Shown here: positions 53,901 to 64,000 of the stretch, piece after piece | Layout: every line of letters begins with the position of its first letter | How positions within the stretch are numbered: position 1 is the stretch's first letter | DNA from: Nemertoderma westbladi | Lineage: Eukaryota; Animalia; Xenacoelomorpha | NCBI GenBank assembly: GCA_032718475.1 | Contig: JAUCBJ010009082.1 | Span: 1 to 64,000, forward strand | Direction of reading: 5' to 3' | Length of the DNA stretch: 64,000 nucleotides | Notes under the pieces: model-generated | Database searches by the model: none | Seen by the model: only the letters and a program-made list of their open reading frames with translations | What the model was told of the DNA's origin: nothing | Position numbers and translations under genes: made by a program

Positions 53901-55599
53901 CAGGGGTATATCTTTTGCGTAGAGGTATAGGCCTAGCCTATATAGAGGCTACATGAAGGTAGGTGTAGCCTACATGTGTAGATGCACGTGTAGACTGTAG
54001 GGTGAATATAGGTAGGTGTAGTCCCATAGATATTAATGTACCCCTAATTTACTGATTTATGTGTCAACTTGCAGTAACGTGATACACGGTCGTCAATCAG
54101 GATGTATGGCAATAATCTCTGATCTCCACGGTACAATACGGTACATCAACCTGCAGACCTGTCTGCTGTCAGACAACAGGTTTTACTGCATACTGTAGTA
54201 CTGTATAAATATCAAACAATGCGTTCTGATTATACTAAAGTCCCTTACTCGTCATAAATATTAGGCCCGAATAAATTTGAGTATGCTAAAGCCACGAAAG
54301 GCATCATTCCATTAGATTAACTCGTTCTGATTTATATGTTTATTGAGTAAGAGTAACCTAACCAAACAGCCATCATCGCGGGGACTATAGTCTACCAGAA
54401 ACCCTGACCTCCCTCTGCCCCTCTTTATCTGTTTATCAACCATACATCCATGGGACTTGAACAGTACTTCAGCATTGAAATGTTTTGGACGTTTTGTTTT
54501 GAAAGTAAAAATATAGAAGTCTGGAAGTTTTGTTTGTTTTAATTTTTCAGGCAGTCACATTCCACCAACCAGCAACAGTCCCATCCCGCGGACTACCACA
54601 CTGTTTCATTATAAAGTATTCCCATCTCGATGATGGGAATTAATCAGTAATCCGATGGGATTCAAATCCCATCTCGAAGTAACAGCAAAACAATAACACG
54701 AAAGTCAATAGCTTTACAGTTATATTTGATTGCATTGAAAGTTAATAGAAAGAAGAAGTTAAATTGCATATCCATTAAAATATCATGAAATTGATACGGC
54801 AGTTTACTGGTTTATAGTAGATTAAAACGGCCACAGCAAGATTTATAAAATGGAAAATAAGTAAAATCAGCACACAATATTATCAATATAGACATTGAAG
54901 ACAATTTAATAAACAAATATTATAAAAAAATATCTACTAACAATCAATACATGATATATGTATACATCAGCGACTACCATCATCGCCACTCTGGTTCAAT
55001 CAGTCAGTCCGGTATCATTGTTAGCGTTTTGTTGAATCACCCACTCATCTGTCATTTTCAGACCATCATGGACACCGACGACGAGCTCTAACCCTAACCG
55101 TTAGTCGATTCCTCCTTGACTGGAAACATCAGGTTCGGGCCGTTCGGCCCATACAAAGTCATTAGCCTCCATATGCCTGAACCCGCAGGATCATATAAGA
55201 TCTACAGTATGTATCGGTATATCGTTCAGTCGTTTTTTCCTTTGTCAGTACTGTAGTATTGATAGGCTCCGTCTCGTGGGTATTCAGGGGACCCCCATTC
55301 GACGTATTCGCATCTCCTCCTGGTTGTTTCGGGTACCACCGCCCGCCATACTGCCATATGCGCATCTCTTCGTGGTTATTCCGGGTACCACCCCCGTTCG
55401 CCGCATTCGCATCTCATCGAGGAAGTTCCGGTCCGGGTACCCCGTGTAGGCCTATTCATTCATCATTGTTGTTTTTAAAGACCTACCTACGTCCTACACC
55501 TACCTACATTCACCCTACACGTGCATCTACATGTAGGCTACACATACCTACATGTAGCCTCTTTGTAGGCTATACCTCTACGCAAAAGTCATACCCCTG
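53901..55599. mobile_element. 1.7-kb non-autonomous DNA transposon, ~110-120-bp TIRs, 3-bp TSD TCA
   Basis: tca|CAGGGGTATATCTTTTGCGTAGAGGTATAG... and ...CTATACCTCTACGCAAAAGTCATACCCCTG|tca; TNA-type 3-bp TSD is compatible with PIF/Harbinger (inference). Degenerate ~50-bp repeats at 55270-55445. Confidence 0.8.
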
Positions 55600-55928
55600 T
55601 CACAGTTCTCCATACAGCCTGACAGGAGACAGCCAGCCTTGTCAGCTAGTTAGTTGTCGCAATTTCGTTTCTCCCAACCCTAACAGTCAGACAGTCCCAA
55701 GCCAAGACAAGTCCAGTTCCAGTCAGCCAGTGCAGTAGCCAGTAGGTGGTTGGGGATCTCTTTAAATTTAACCCTCCTGCCTCCCCCGGCACCCGGAAAC
55801 GTGGGGAAAAATGTAAGAAATTTAGAGGATTTTTCAAGATTATTCGATTATTTCCATGGGCAAGGGCTGAAGGGCAAGGGCAAGGGACGTATAGTGTACT
55901 AAGCCTATAGTAATGCCATATTCAGATA

Positions 55929-56460
55929 TTGGACATTAATTATTAGAAGAAGAAGTAATAAAAAATTACGGTAAGGTTTGTTGTTCTATTATAATAGAGT
56001 AACGTATTTATTTAATTTAATTGCGCCTCGGGAATGGCATTAAACCGGTAAAAAACATACGTGGTAAAATAATAAAAATATAATTAATTGATAAAATAAA
56101 AAAAAGAGTTAAGAAAGAAAAATCGCGTTTAGCAGTTAGACTCGGCCAAATATGTTAATGACTTAGCGTTTTGTTTGCAACGTAATAGGTGGTAGATACT
56201 GTATGTTTATGTTAACCGATCACAGTTCTTAATTACAAATATAATCTATAATGTTGTTGGTGGAATGATATACTTTATCATTAGGCCTACATATGTGGAA
56301 TGATAGACTACAATTAATTATTCACAGTAATATAATTCACGTTAATTACGGTTAATTTGGTTCACATAATTACTTTATCTATAATAATACATTACGGTAA
56401 TTATAATAGAACAACAAACCTTACCGTATTTTTTTTATTTCTTCTTATAATGATGTCCAA
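55929..56460. mobile_element. AT-rich MITE-like element, ~65-bp TIRs
   Basis: TACGGTAAGGTTTGTTGTTCTATTATAAT (~55967-55995) is the exact reverse complement of ~56400-56428; pairing extends imperfectly to TTGGACAT/ATGTCCAA. Confidence 0.72.
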
Positions 56461-56511
56461 TGCCATAAAAGTAGGCTTTCCTGTAAATATAGAAATAAAT
56501 GATTAATATGA

Positions 56512-56576
56512 CTTGCGGCGAGGTGTCCTATAATTTGCGGCGAAATTGCATTCGCAGTGAGGCACCTCGCCGCAAG
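56512..56576. other. GC-rich stem-loop
   Basis: CTTGCGGCGAGGTG pairs perfectly with CACCTCGCCGCAAG (14 bp). Confidence 0.7.
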
Positions 56577-56775
56577 ACACCTCCAAGAGCAGAAGTGGCC
56601 ATACAGTCATGGAGTAGGCCTACTGTACAGATAAAATTGCTGAATGGCTGCCGCGAAAAATTGTAATTTTAGTTTCGGTTCTACTGTTCTAGGCCTACTA
56701 TCACATATCTGTTCCACTAGTACAGGGGGGGGGGGGGGGGGGGGCTGGGAGTAAGGCAACGATTTTGAACATTTC

Positions 56776-56860
56776 TTCGCGATCTTCGCAAACGTCGCGA
56801 TTATTGCGAAAATCACGAAATTTCGCAAACGTCGCGATTTATTTTTCAATAATATAGGTA
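56776..56860. repeat. Degenerate copies of the 57/59-bp satellite core
   Basis: TTCGCAAACGTCGCGAT twice, followed by CAATAATATAGGT (satellite: CAATACTATAGGT). Confidence 0.7.
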
Positions 56861-57266
56861 AATCTTCACAAACATTATTTATAAATAATATAAAGTTATA
56901 TTTTATCCGCGTTATGTGTGATCTTCCAATTTTACAATCAATGTGTTAACTAATACAATTGTTTCCGTTTGTTAGAGTACGGCAAATTCTTATTATTTAT
57001 TTAAAGTGCTAAAATTGTTAAAATGTTAAAATTCTATAATTTTGAATTAAGTGTGACTAAATTTTCAGAGTTATTTTTCAGATTTAATTTTGTTTTAATT
57101 ACTAGCTATTTCGTAATTGTTGCCACAAAAATACGATTTATAATATATTCTTACATTTTTTTTATTACTTATTTAAATTTCCAAAAAGAATTAAAAAAAT
57201 TAAGATTTCCAAAAAATGAAACTTAGGAATTAAAAATGAAACTTAGCCGAATACACCTACAGCACA

Positions 57267-57883
57267 ATGGATGCAAGCTATATAGATTTGTCAGATAGTG
57301 TGAGTGTCGTAATGTCAGATGTTCCACCATCATCAGTAGATGTTTTCAACTATAATGGTTTGCACATCTCTTCACTTGACATTAGTTCCCTAGAAGGTAA
57401 CAATTGGTTAACCGACAACATCATAGAGGCCATAATTAATGGGTTTTCCACCGATTACGATGGTAAGGCAAAAGCCTTCAACCCCCACTATCTCAATATT
57501 TTTGAATCCAGTGAGCTCAAAGTCACAGCCCATCGGCCCAAAACTGACTTGTTATCCTATTATCCTACAGCCTACTTTTTTTCCCCTTTAACGTTAGTGG
57601 TTGCCATTGGGTAATGCCAGTCTACTCACCAACAGAATCATGCATCTGGTATTTCGACTCTCTAGCATGGACTGATGAAAAGGCACTAATTATTCTTAAA
57701 CGGTGGATAAACAAACAATTCGCGAACAACAGTACCACTCCCACAGAAATCAAAATGGTTCCACGCCTGCCTAAACAACAATATTACAATTTCCACTGTG
57801 GGGCTTACATATGCTATTTTGCATATCTGATTCTAAACAATACTGTAGACCTCAGTGCCAGTATAATATTGATGACTCCGTAA
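57267..57883 (+). pseudogene. Ulp1/SENP (peptidase C48)-like domain of the retroelement ORF, frameshifted
   Basis: DISSLEGNNWLTDNII; after a frameshift in the T-run near 57580, FPFNVSGCHWV...IWYFDSL...PKQ..NFHCGAYIC, i.e. His/Asp/Gln/Cys motifs in C48 order. Confidence 0.85.
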
Positions 57884-58111
57884 TTACAAACAAATATCAT
57901 CATCAATTATAGAAAAAGCAACTCTAGTTAGACCAGCGCAATCCACTGACCAAGACCAACCAACAATGCTGAAGTGCAATCAAGAAACTCCAAACATCCA
58001 TACACAACCTACTGTACTAACAATGCAGAAGTAAACCGCACACCAACCTTACCACCAACCCAGACCAACACAAAAAAAGTCTGACACCTCGACCAAATCC
58101 ACTAACAGTAG

Positions 58112-61100
58112 TTCATCAGACCTCCAACGCACCTGCTAAGGATCTACTGCAATCTATGCGAGAAGACAATAATAATAAACAACGATGGTAAGGTAAGAAA
58201 GCACAAAACCAAAATTGGAGACCTATGCTTAGTAGGATTAGGAAGGCAAACAAATAACACAGTGAAGCCATCTATGCATCCGATACCAAATGACCAGAAT
58301 ACCGAGGAAAATCTCTCAGCCCACCCACACCCATTTGAGACCGAATTTTCTAATTCCCCAGATTCAGACCTGGTTTTAGAAACTGATCAGACTGCCCCAT
58401 TTCAACCAGCCATAAATAGTACCCTGCCTCCATTTGAGGCAAGCAATCCCGGTTTCAGTTGGAATGGTATCTGGGGGAGTATATTTATAACACGTCTACA
58501 AAGTGTATATGATGAAATCGTCCACTGGAAGCCTTTCCTATGTGATGTACCTAGATCACAAGCAGGGAGGATGTTCGTAGACACACTTACCGGCCTCCTC
58601 AAATCTTTCAGCGAAAAATCAGCACAAGAACCTATGGCTATGTTGGCAATAATGGTAGTACCAAAACTTATTCTACAGGCCGCTGGAAGTCCTGAACATA
58701 TATCTGGGAGTATTAGTCAAACACTGCGTCGAAGGTTGGAGCTATGGGAAGCTGGTAAAATAGAAGATTTACTACAAGAGGGCAGAGCCCTTCAAGTACG
58801 CAGGGGAAGACGACCTAGAGATAATAAACCTGGCGAACAGCAAAGGCGCGATTTCATCGTCAGGATGGGCACTGGACGTGTTGCCGCAGCACTCAGTAAA
58901 CTGGGAAACTCAAAGGTAAAGGGGAAACCACTTGGTTTAAATGACACAGTCGGAGACAAAACCGTCAAAGAAATCCTTCGAGACAAACACCCTACCTAGT
59001 CCTGGTAAACTGGACACACTCCTCATTGAATCATCCTGGCCAAACAGTATGGAATACCACCCGGCCATCTATGACCGAATTACTTCGGAGACTATCCTCT
59101 CAGCCGCCCTGAGGACCAGGGGTTCAGCTGGACCATCTGGACTGGATGCAGATAGTTGGAGGAGGCTCTTGACATCCTTTGGAAAGAACTCAGTTGACCT
59201 AAGAAAGAGCATCGCAGCAACTACCAGGCGCATAGCAACAGAGCATATAGATCCAAAGATACTAGCACCATATAATGCATCTCGACTTGCACCACTAGAT
59301 AAGGATCCTGGAGTACGCCCTGTTGGTGTTGGGGAGGTTCTGCGGAGGATAAGTGGGAAGGATATAATGACCTGTATTAGAGCTGACTTAGAAAAAGTTG
59401 CTGAAAACACTCAACTTTGCGTTGGACAGATTGGTGGAATAGAATACGCTATACATGAACTTAGAGAACACTTCGAGGGCCCAGAATGTGAAGGGATCCT
59501 TCTAATAGATGCAACCAAGGCATTTAATGCATTAAACCGCAAACTAACGTTACTAAACTGCCAGGTCATCTGTCCAGCTCTGTCAAAAGCACTATGCAAC
59601 TCATACAGAAGTCCCCACAACTGTTCGTAGATAATGAGACCATGTTGTCAGAAGAAGGATCAACACAGGGTGACCCACTGGCACTGGCGATGTATGGTGT
59701 TGGAACCCTTCCACTAATAAAGCTAGTTGGTAAAGTGGCACACGATTTCGATCAGGAAAAATTTGGAGAAGACAAATTGTTGGAAAAATGGTTTGCAGAT
59801 GACGGAAATTTCAGCTGGCCGACTACAAACCCTTCGAACATACTGGGATGCCATATGCTCCTATGGACCTGGATATGGTTATTCCCCGAACACAATAAAA
59901 ACATTTCTTATCGTGAAGGAAGGATTCATGAGTGAAGCTAAAACCATTTTTGCTAACACTGGCGTACAACTAACCGAAAATCATCGTGTACTAGGCTCAG
60001 TTATTGGGTCCCAATCATGTGGCAGCGATTATGTAAATGACAAAGTCCATTCACTGTTCGATCAGCTGGTTAAGCTTCGAGAATTCGCTGTAACAGCTTC
60101 TCAGCCATCCTATAGTTGTCTCGTGTATGGCATGCAACCTAAGTTCAACTTCTAATCAAGAACAACTCCTGGGTTTACTACCACAATGGACCAAATTGAT
60201 GACTTGATTACAGATCGGGTCATCCCAACCATAACAGGTAATCCCCCTCCAGGTAAAATACAGCGCGATCTCCTCGCTCTGCCTGTCAGGGAGGGAGGTC
60301 TAGCAATATTAAGATCAACCGACCTTCATCAGGGTATCCAGGAGTCCCGAAGATTATGTGAACCACTCTTTAGTGTTGACACCTGCTTAGAACCATCAGA
60401 AGCTCGTACAAAACAACAAACAATCCGCCGAGAAATAAAGAAAGATAGAATGGAAGGTGCGAAGGAAAGCGCCGAGTGCATCCACAGTAAGCTTAGCAAC
60501 AGCGACCAATACCTCCGCCTACTATCTAAAGAAAGGGGAGCCTCTTCCTGGCTGACCGCACTACCACTGACCAAATACGGTTACTCCCTACACAAAGAAG
60601 CCTTCAGGGATGCACTGTGCTTGCGATTTGGGTGGCAGCCACCAAAGCTTCCTGCACTATGTTCATGTGGGGCTGAACACTCCATATCGCATGTCTTACA
60701 CTGTCCAACTGGTGGATACCCCAGCCTTCGCCATAATGAGGTAAGAGACTACTTGGCGGAGTTATTAGCCGAGGTTTCTCATGACATACAGATAGAACCG
60801 CACCTTCAACCAGTGGGTGGTGAGCAGTTTAAACTGAGTAGTACCTCAACAGACCTGGATGCTCGACTGGATGTGGCAGCTTCTGGCATATGGGGTGGAC
60901 GCTTCCAGAAGCTCTTTATAGACGTGAAGGTTTTTAATCCACTTTGCGCATCCAACCCCAAGTCGATCAATGCAAAGCATGTAAAGGATAAGCGCCGCAA
61001 ATATGAAGAACGGATAACTCTCATTGAACATGCATCCTTTACTCCATTTGTAATGTCAACTACAGGGGGAGCTGGCAGGGGTGCTCAGGCACTATTAAAC

Positions 61101-61297
61101 AGAGTAGCACTCCTTCTATCAGCAAACCGGGGTGCTCCTTACTCCGAGACAGTGGCATTAATCCGTACACGTTTAAGCTTTGCCGCTTTGCGCTATTGCG
61201 CTCTTCAATAATGTGTTTGCGAGGCGCACGAGAACCACGGATTAAAAGGTTCCCGATTACTCTGCAGGAAACCGGAATACAGGCATGTTTACATTAA
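58112..61297 (+). pseudogene. Zn-finger + reverse transcriptase + RLE portion of the retroelement ORF, multiple lesions
   Basis: CNLC-x14-H-x7-C at ~58148-58228 in frame with ORF 58262; frameshifts near 58995, 59625, 59810 and 61200, in-frame stop at 60153-60155; likely original end IMCLRGAR...ACLH* at 61297. Confidence 0.88.
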
Positions 61298-61934
61298 AGT
61301 TTAAACAAGTCATCCCACTCACACCACAACTCTAATTCCCTTCACCATTCAACCTTTACTGTAGCTACTGTAGACATTTCATATTATTTGTGTTAGTATA
61401 TTTATGTAAAATAATAGTTAATCAGCGTTATACAGATATAACAATATATCTAATGAAAAAAACAAAAAAAAAATAGCTACTACAGTTACTGTAGTGCCCT
61501 ATAACTATATATGTAACCTAGTAACCATGTTAATTGACTATTTTCTAGAATATTTGAATAGCCACATTGTTAATCTGTTCATAATTTTAAAATATAAAGC
61601 TTAGCTTCACAAACTCTGAAATATTTCAATGTAATATCTAATTATTGATGTTGGCCTAAACTGTGGGTTATTTAATTTAAAAAAAAATTATTATCAATAA
61701 CCCTATAGGTTCCTATAATAGTTACTGATTTTATATGCCTAGCTAATCGAATTTGTTGAGATGTTTTTTTTGTTTGTTCTACTATATTTTACCTGCTATA
61801 TTTATATAATTTCGTTAATGATTTAGATCATCAGATCATGTTAGCTATTTAAATAAAATGATTTTCTTTGTTTATTAAAATTTATATTGATAGATTTAGG
61901 TAGCTAATATTAGTATTGATGTACCTAGCAATAC

Positions 61935-62468
61935 CTAGTATTGGTAAACACAAAATATCGCGAAGATCACGACGTTTGCGAAGCTCCATCTATAGTATTG
62001 GTAAACACAAAATATGTCGCGGAGATCGCGACGTTTGCGAAGCTCCACCTATAGTATTGGTAAACGCAAAATATATCGCGAAGATCGCGATGTTTGCGAA
62101 GCTCCACCTACAGTATTGGTAAACACAAAATATGTCGCGAAGATCACGACGTTTGCGAAGCTCCACCTATAGTATTGGTAAACGCAAAATATATCGCGAA
62201 GATCGCGATGTTTGCGAAGCTCCACCTATAGTATTGGTAAACACAAAATATCGCGAAGTTTGTGAAGCTTCATCTATAGTATTGGTAAACACAAAATATC
62301 GCGAAGTTTGTGAAGCTTCATCTATAGTATTGGCAAACACAAAATATCGCGAAGTTTGTGAAGCTTCATCTATAGTATTGGTAAACACAAGATATCGTGA
62401 AGATCGCGACGTTTGCGAAGTTCCACCTATAGTATTGGAAACACAAAATATCGTGAAGATCCACCTAT
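61935..62468 (+). repeat. 57/59-bp CpG-rich satellite, proximal arm
   Basis: TAGTATTGGTAAACACAAAATAT(GT)CGCGAAGATCGCGACGTTTGCGAAGCTCCACCTA, ~10 units including shortened ones. Confidence 0.95.
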
Positions 62469-62498
62469 TCACCTAGGTGAACCCGACATTCTTTTCAG

Positions 62499-64000
62499 CA
62501 ATACTATAGGTGGAGAGCTTCGCGAACGTCGCGATCTTCACAATATTTTGTGTTTACCAATACTATAGGTGGAGCTTTGCGAACGTCGCGATCTTCATGA
62601 CATATTTTGTGTTTACCAATACTATAGGTGGAGAGCTTCGCGAACGTCGCGATCTTCACAATATTTTGTGTTTACCAATACTATAGGTGGAGCTTCGCGA
62701 ACGTCGCGATCTTCATGACATATTTTGTGTTTACCAATACTATAGGTGGAGCTTCGCGAACGTCGCGATCTTCACAATATTTTGTGTTTACCAATACTAT
62801 AGGTGGAGCTTCGCGAACGTCGCGATCTTCATGACATATTTTGTGTTTACCAATACTATAGGTGGAGAGCTTCGCGAACGTCGCGATCTTCACAATATTT
62901 TGTGTTTACCAATACTATAGGTGGAGCTTCGCGAACGTCGCGATCTTCATGACATATTTTGTGTTTACCAATACTATAGGTGGAGAGCTTCGCGAACGTC
63001 GCGATCTTCACAATATTTTGTGTTTACCAATACTATAGGTGGAGCTTCGCGAACGTCGCGATCTTCATGACATATTTTGTGTTTACCAATACTATAGGTG
63101 GAGCTTCGCGAACGTCGCGATCTTCACAATATTTTGTGTTTACCAATACTATAGGTGGAGCTTCGCGAACGTTGCGATCTTCATGACATATTTTGTGTTT
63201 ACCAATACTATAGGTGGAGCTTCGTGAACGTCGCGATCTTCGCGATATTTTGTGTTTACCAATACTATAGGTGGAGCTTCGCGAACGTCGCGATCTTCAT
63301 GACATATTTTGTGTTTACCAATACTATAGGTGGAGCTTCGCAAACGTCGCGATCTTCACAATATTTTGTGTTTACCAATACTATAGGTGGAGCTTCGCTA
63401 ACGTCGCGATCTTCATGACATATTTTGTGTTTACCAATACTATAGGTGGAGCTTCGCGAACGTTGCGATCTTCATGACATATTTTGTGTTTACCAATACT
63501 ATAGGTGGAGCTTTGCGAATGTCGCGATCTTCATGACATATTTTGTGTTTACCAATACTATAGGTGGAGCTTCGCGAACGTCGCGATCTTCACGATATTT
63601 TGTGTTTACCAATACTATAGGTGGAGCTTCGCGAACGTCGCGATCTTCATGACATATTTTGTGTTTACCAATACTATAGGTGGAGCTTCGCGAACGTCGC
63701 GATCTTCACGATATTTTGTGTTTACCAATACTATAGGTGGAGCTTCGCGAACGTCGCGATCTTCATGACATATTTTGTGTTTACCAATACTATAGGTGGA
63801 GCTTCGCAAACGTCGCGATCTTCACAATATTTTGTGTTTACCAATACTATAGGTGGAGCTTCGCGAACGTCGCGATCTTCATGACATATTTTGTGTTTAC
63901 CAATACTATAGGTGGAGCTTCGCGAACGTCGCGATCTTCATGACATATTTTGTGTTTACCAATACTATAGGTGGAGCTTCGCGAACGTCGGGATCTTCAT
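62499..64000 (-). repeat. 57/59-bp satellite, inverted distal arm (runs off window)
   Basis: CAATACTATAGGTGGAGCTTCGCGAACGTCGCGATCTTC(ACAA/ATGACA)TATTTTGTGTTTAC, mostly alternating 57- and 59-bp units; reverse complement of the proximal arm. Confidence 0.97.

Larger units (their letters stand above)
57200..61473 (+). mobile_element. CRE-like RLE non-LTR retrotransposon (Ulp1 protease-C2HC-RT-RLE), near full length, inactivated
   Basis: RT motifs SAGPSGLD, RLAPLDKDPGVRPVGVGEVLRRI, QLCVG...IH, IDATKAFN, QGDPL, WFADDG; C-terminal CSCG..H.LHC..GG...RHNEVRD, RLDV, IDVKV, KRRKY, FTPFVMSTTGG (restriction-like endonuclease); A-rich tail 61456-61473. 5' limit approximate. Confidence 0.9.

Noticed and set aside
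61916-63943. Many 62-114 aa ORFs
   Set aside because: Translations of the 57/59-bp satellite.

Overview
Eukaryotic (animal-like, AT-rich, spliceosomal introns) genomic window; about half of it is tandem repeat. Host genes: (1) a three-exon lysosomal alpha-mannosidase (GH38, MAN2B1-like, 993 aa when spliced) on the minus strand, 10323->2129; (2) a single-coding-exon ~1364-aa low-complexity protein (R/D/G-rich N-terminus, P/Q/Y-rich middle, RG/RGG tail) on the minus strand, 51444->47350, family not recognised. Mobile DNA: a decayed CRE-like non-LTR retrotransposon (Ulp1/SUMO-protease + C2HC finger + RT + restriction-like endonuclease, A-rich tail; ~57200-61473) lying between inverted copies of a CpG-rich 57/59-bp satellite; four RTE-like LINE fragments; two related Helentron-associated (HINE-like) elements; several MITE-like inverted-repeat elements (two nested); a tRNA-like SINE head. 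Seven unrelated tandem arrays (units 14, 34, 20, 53, 46, 34, 57/59 bp), two with higher-order duplications and two with orientation switches. One 100-N gap. No CRISPR array or prokaryotic system is supported. All calls are from reading the sequence by eye; no searches were run.
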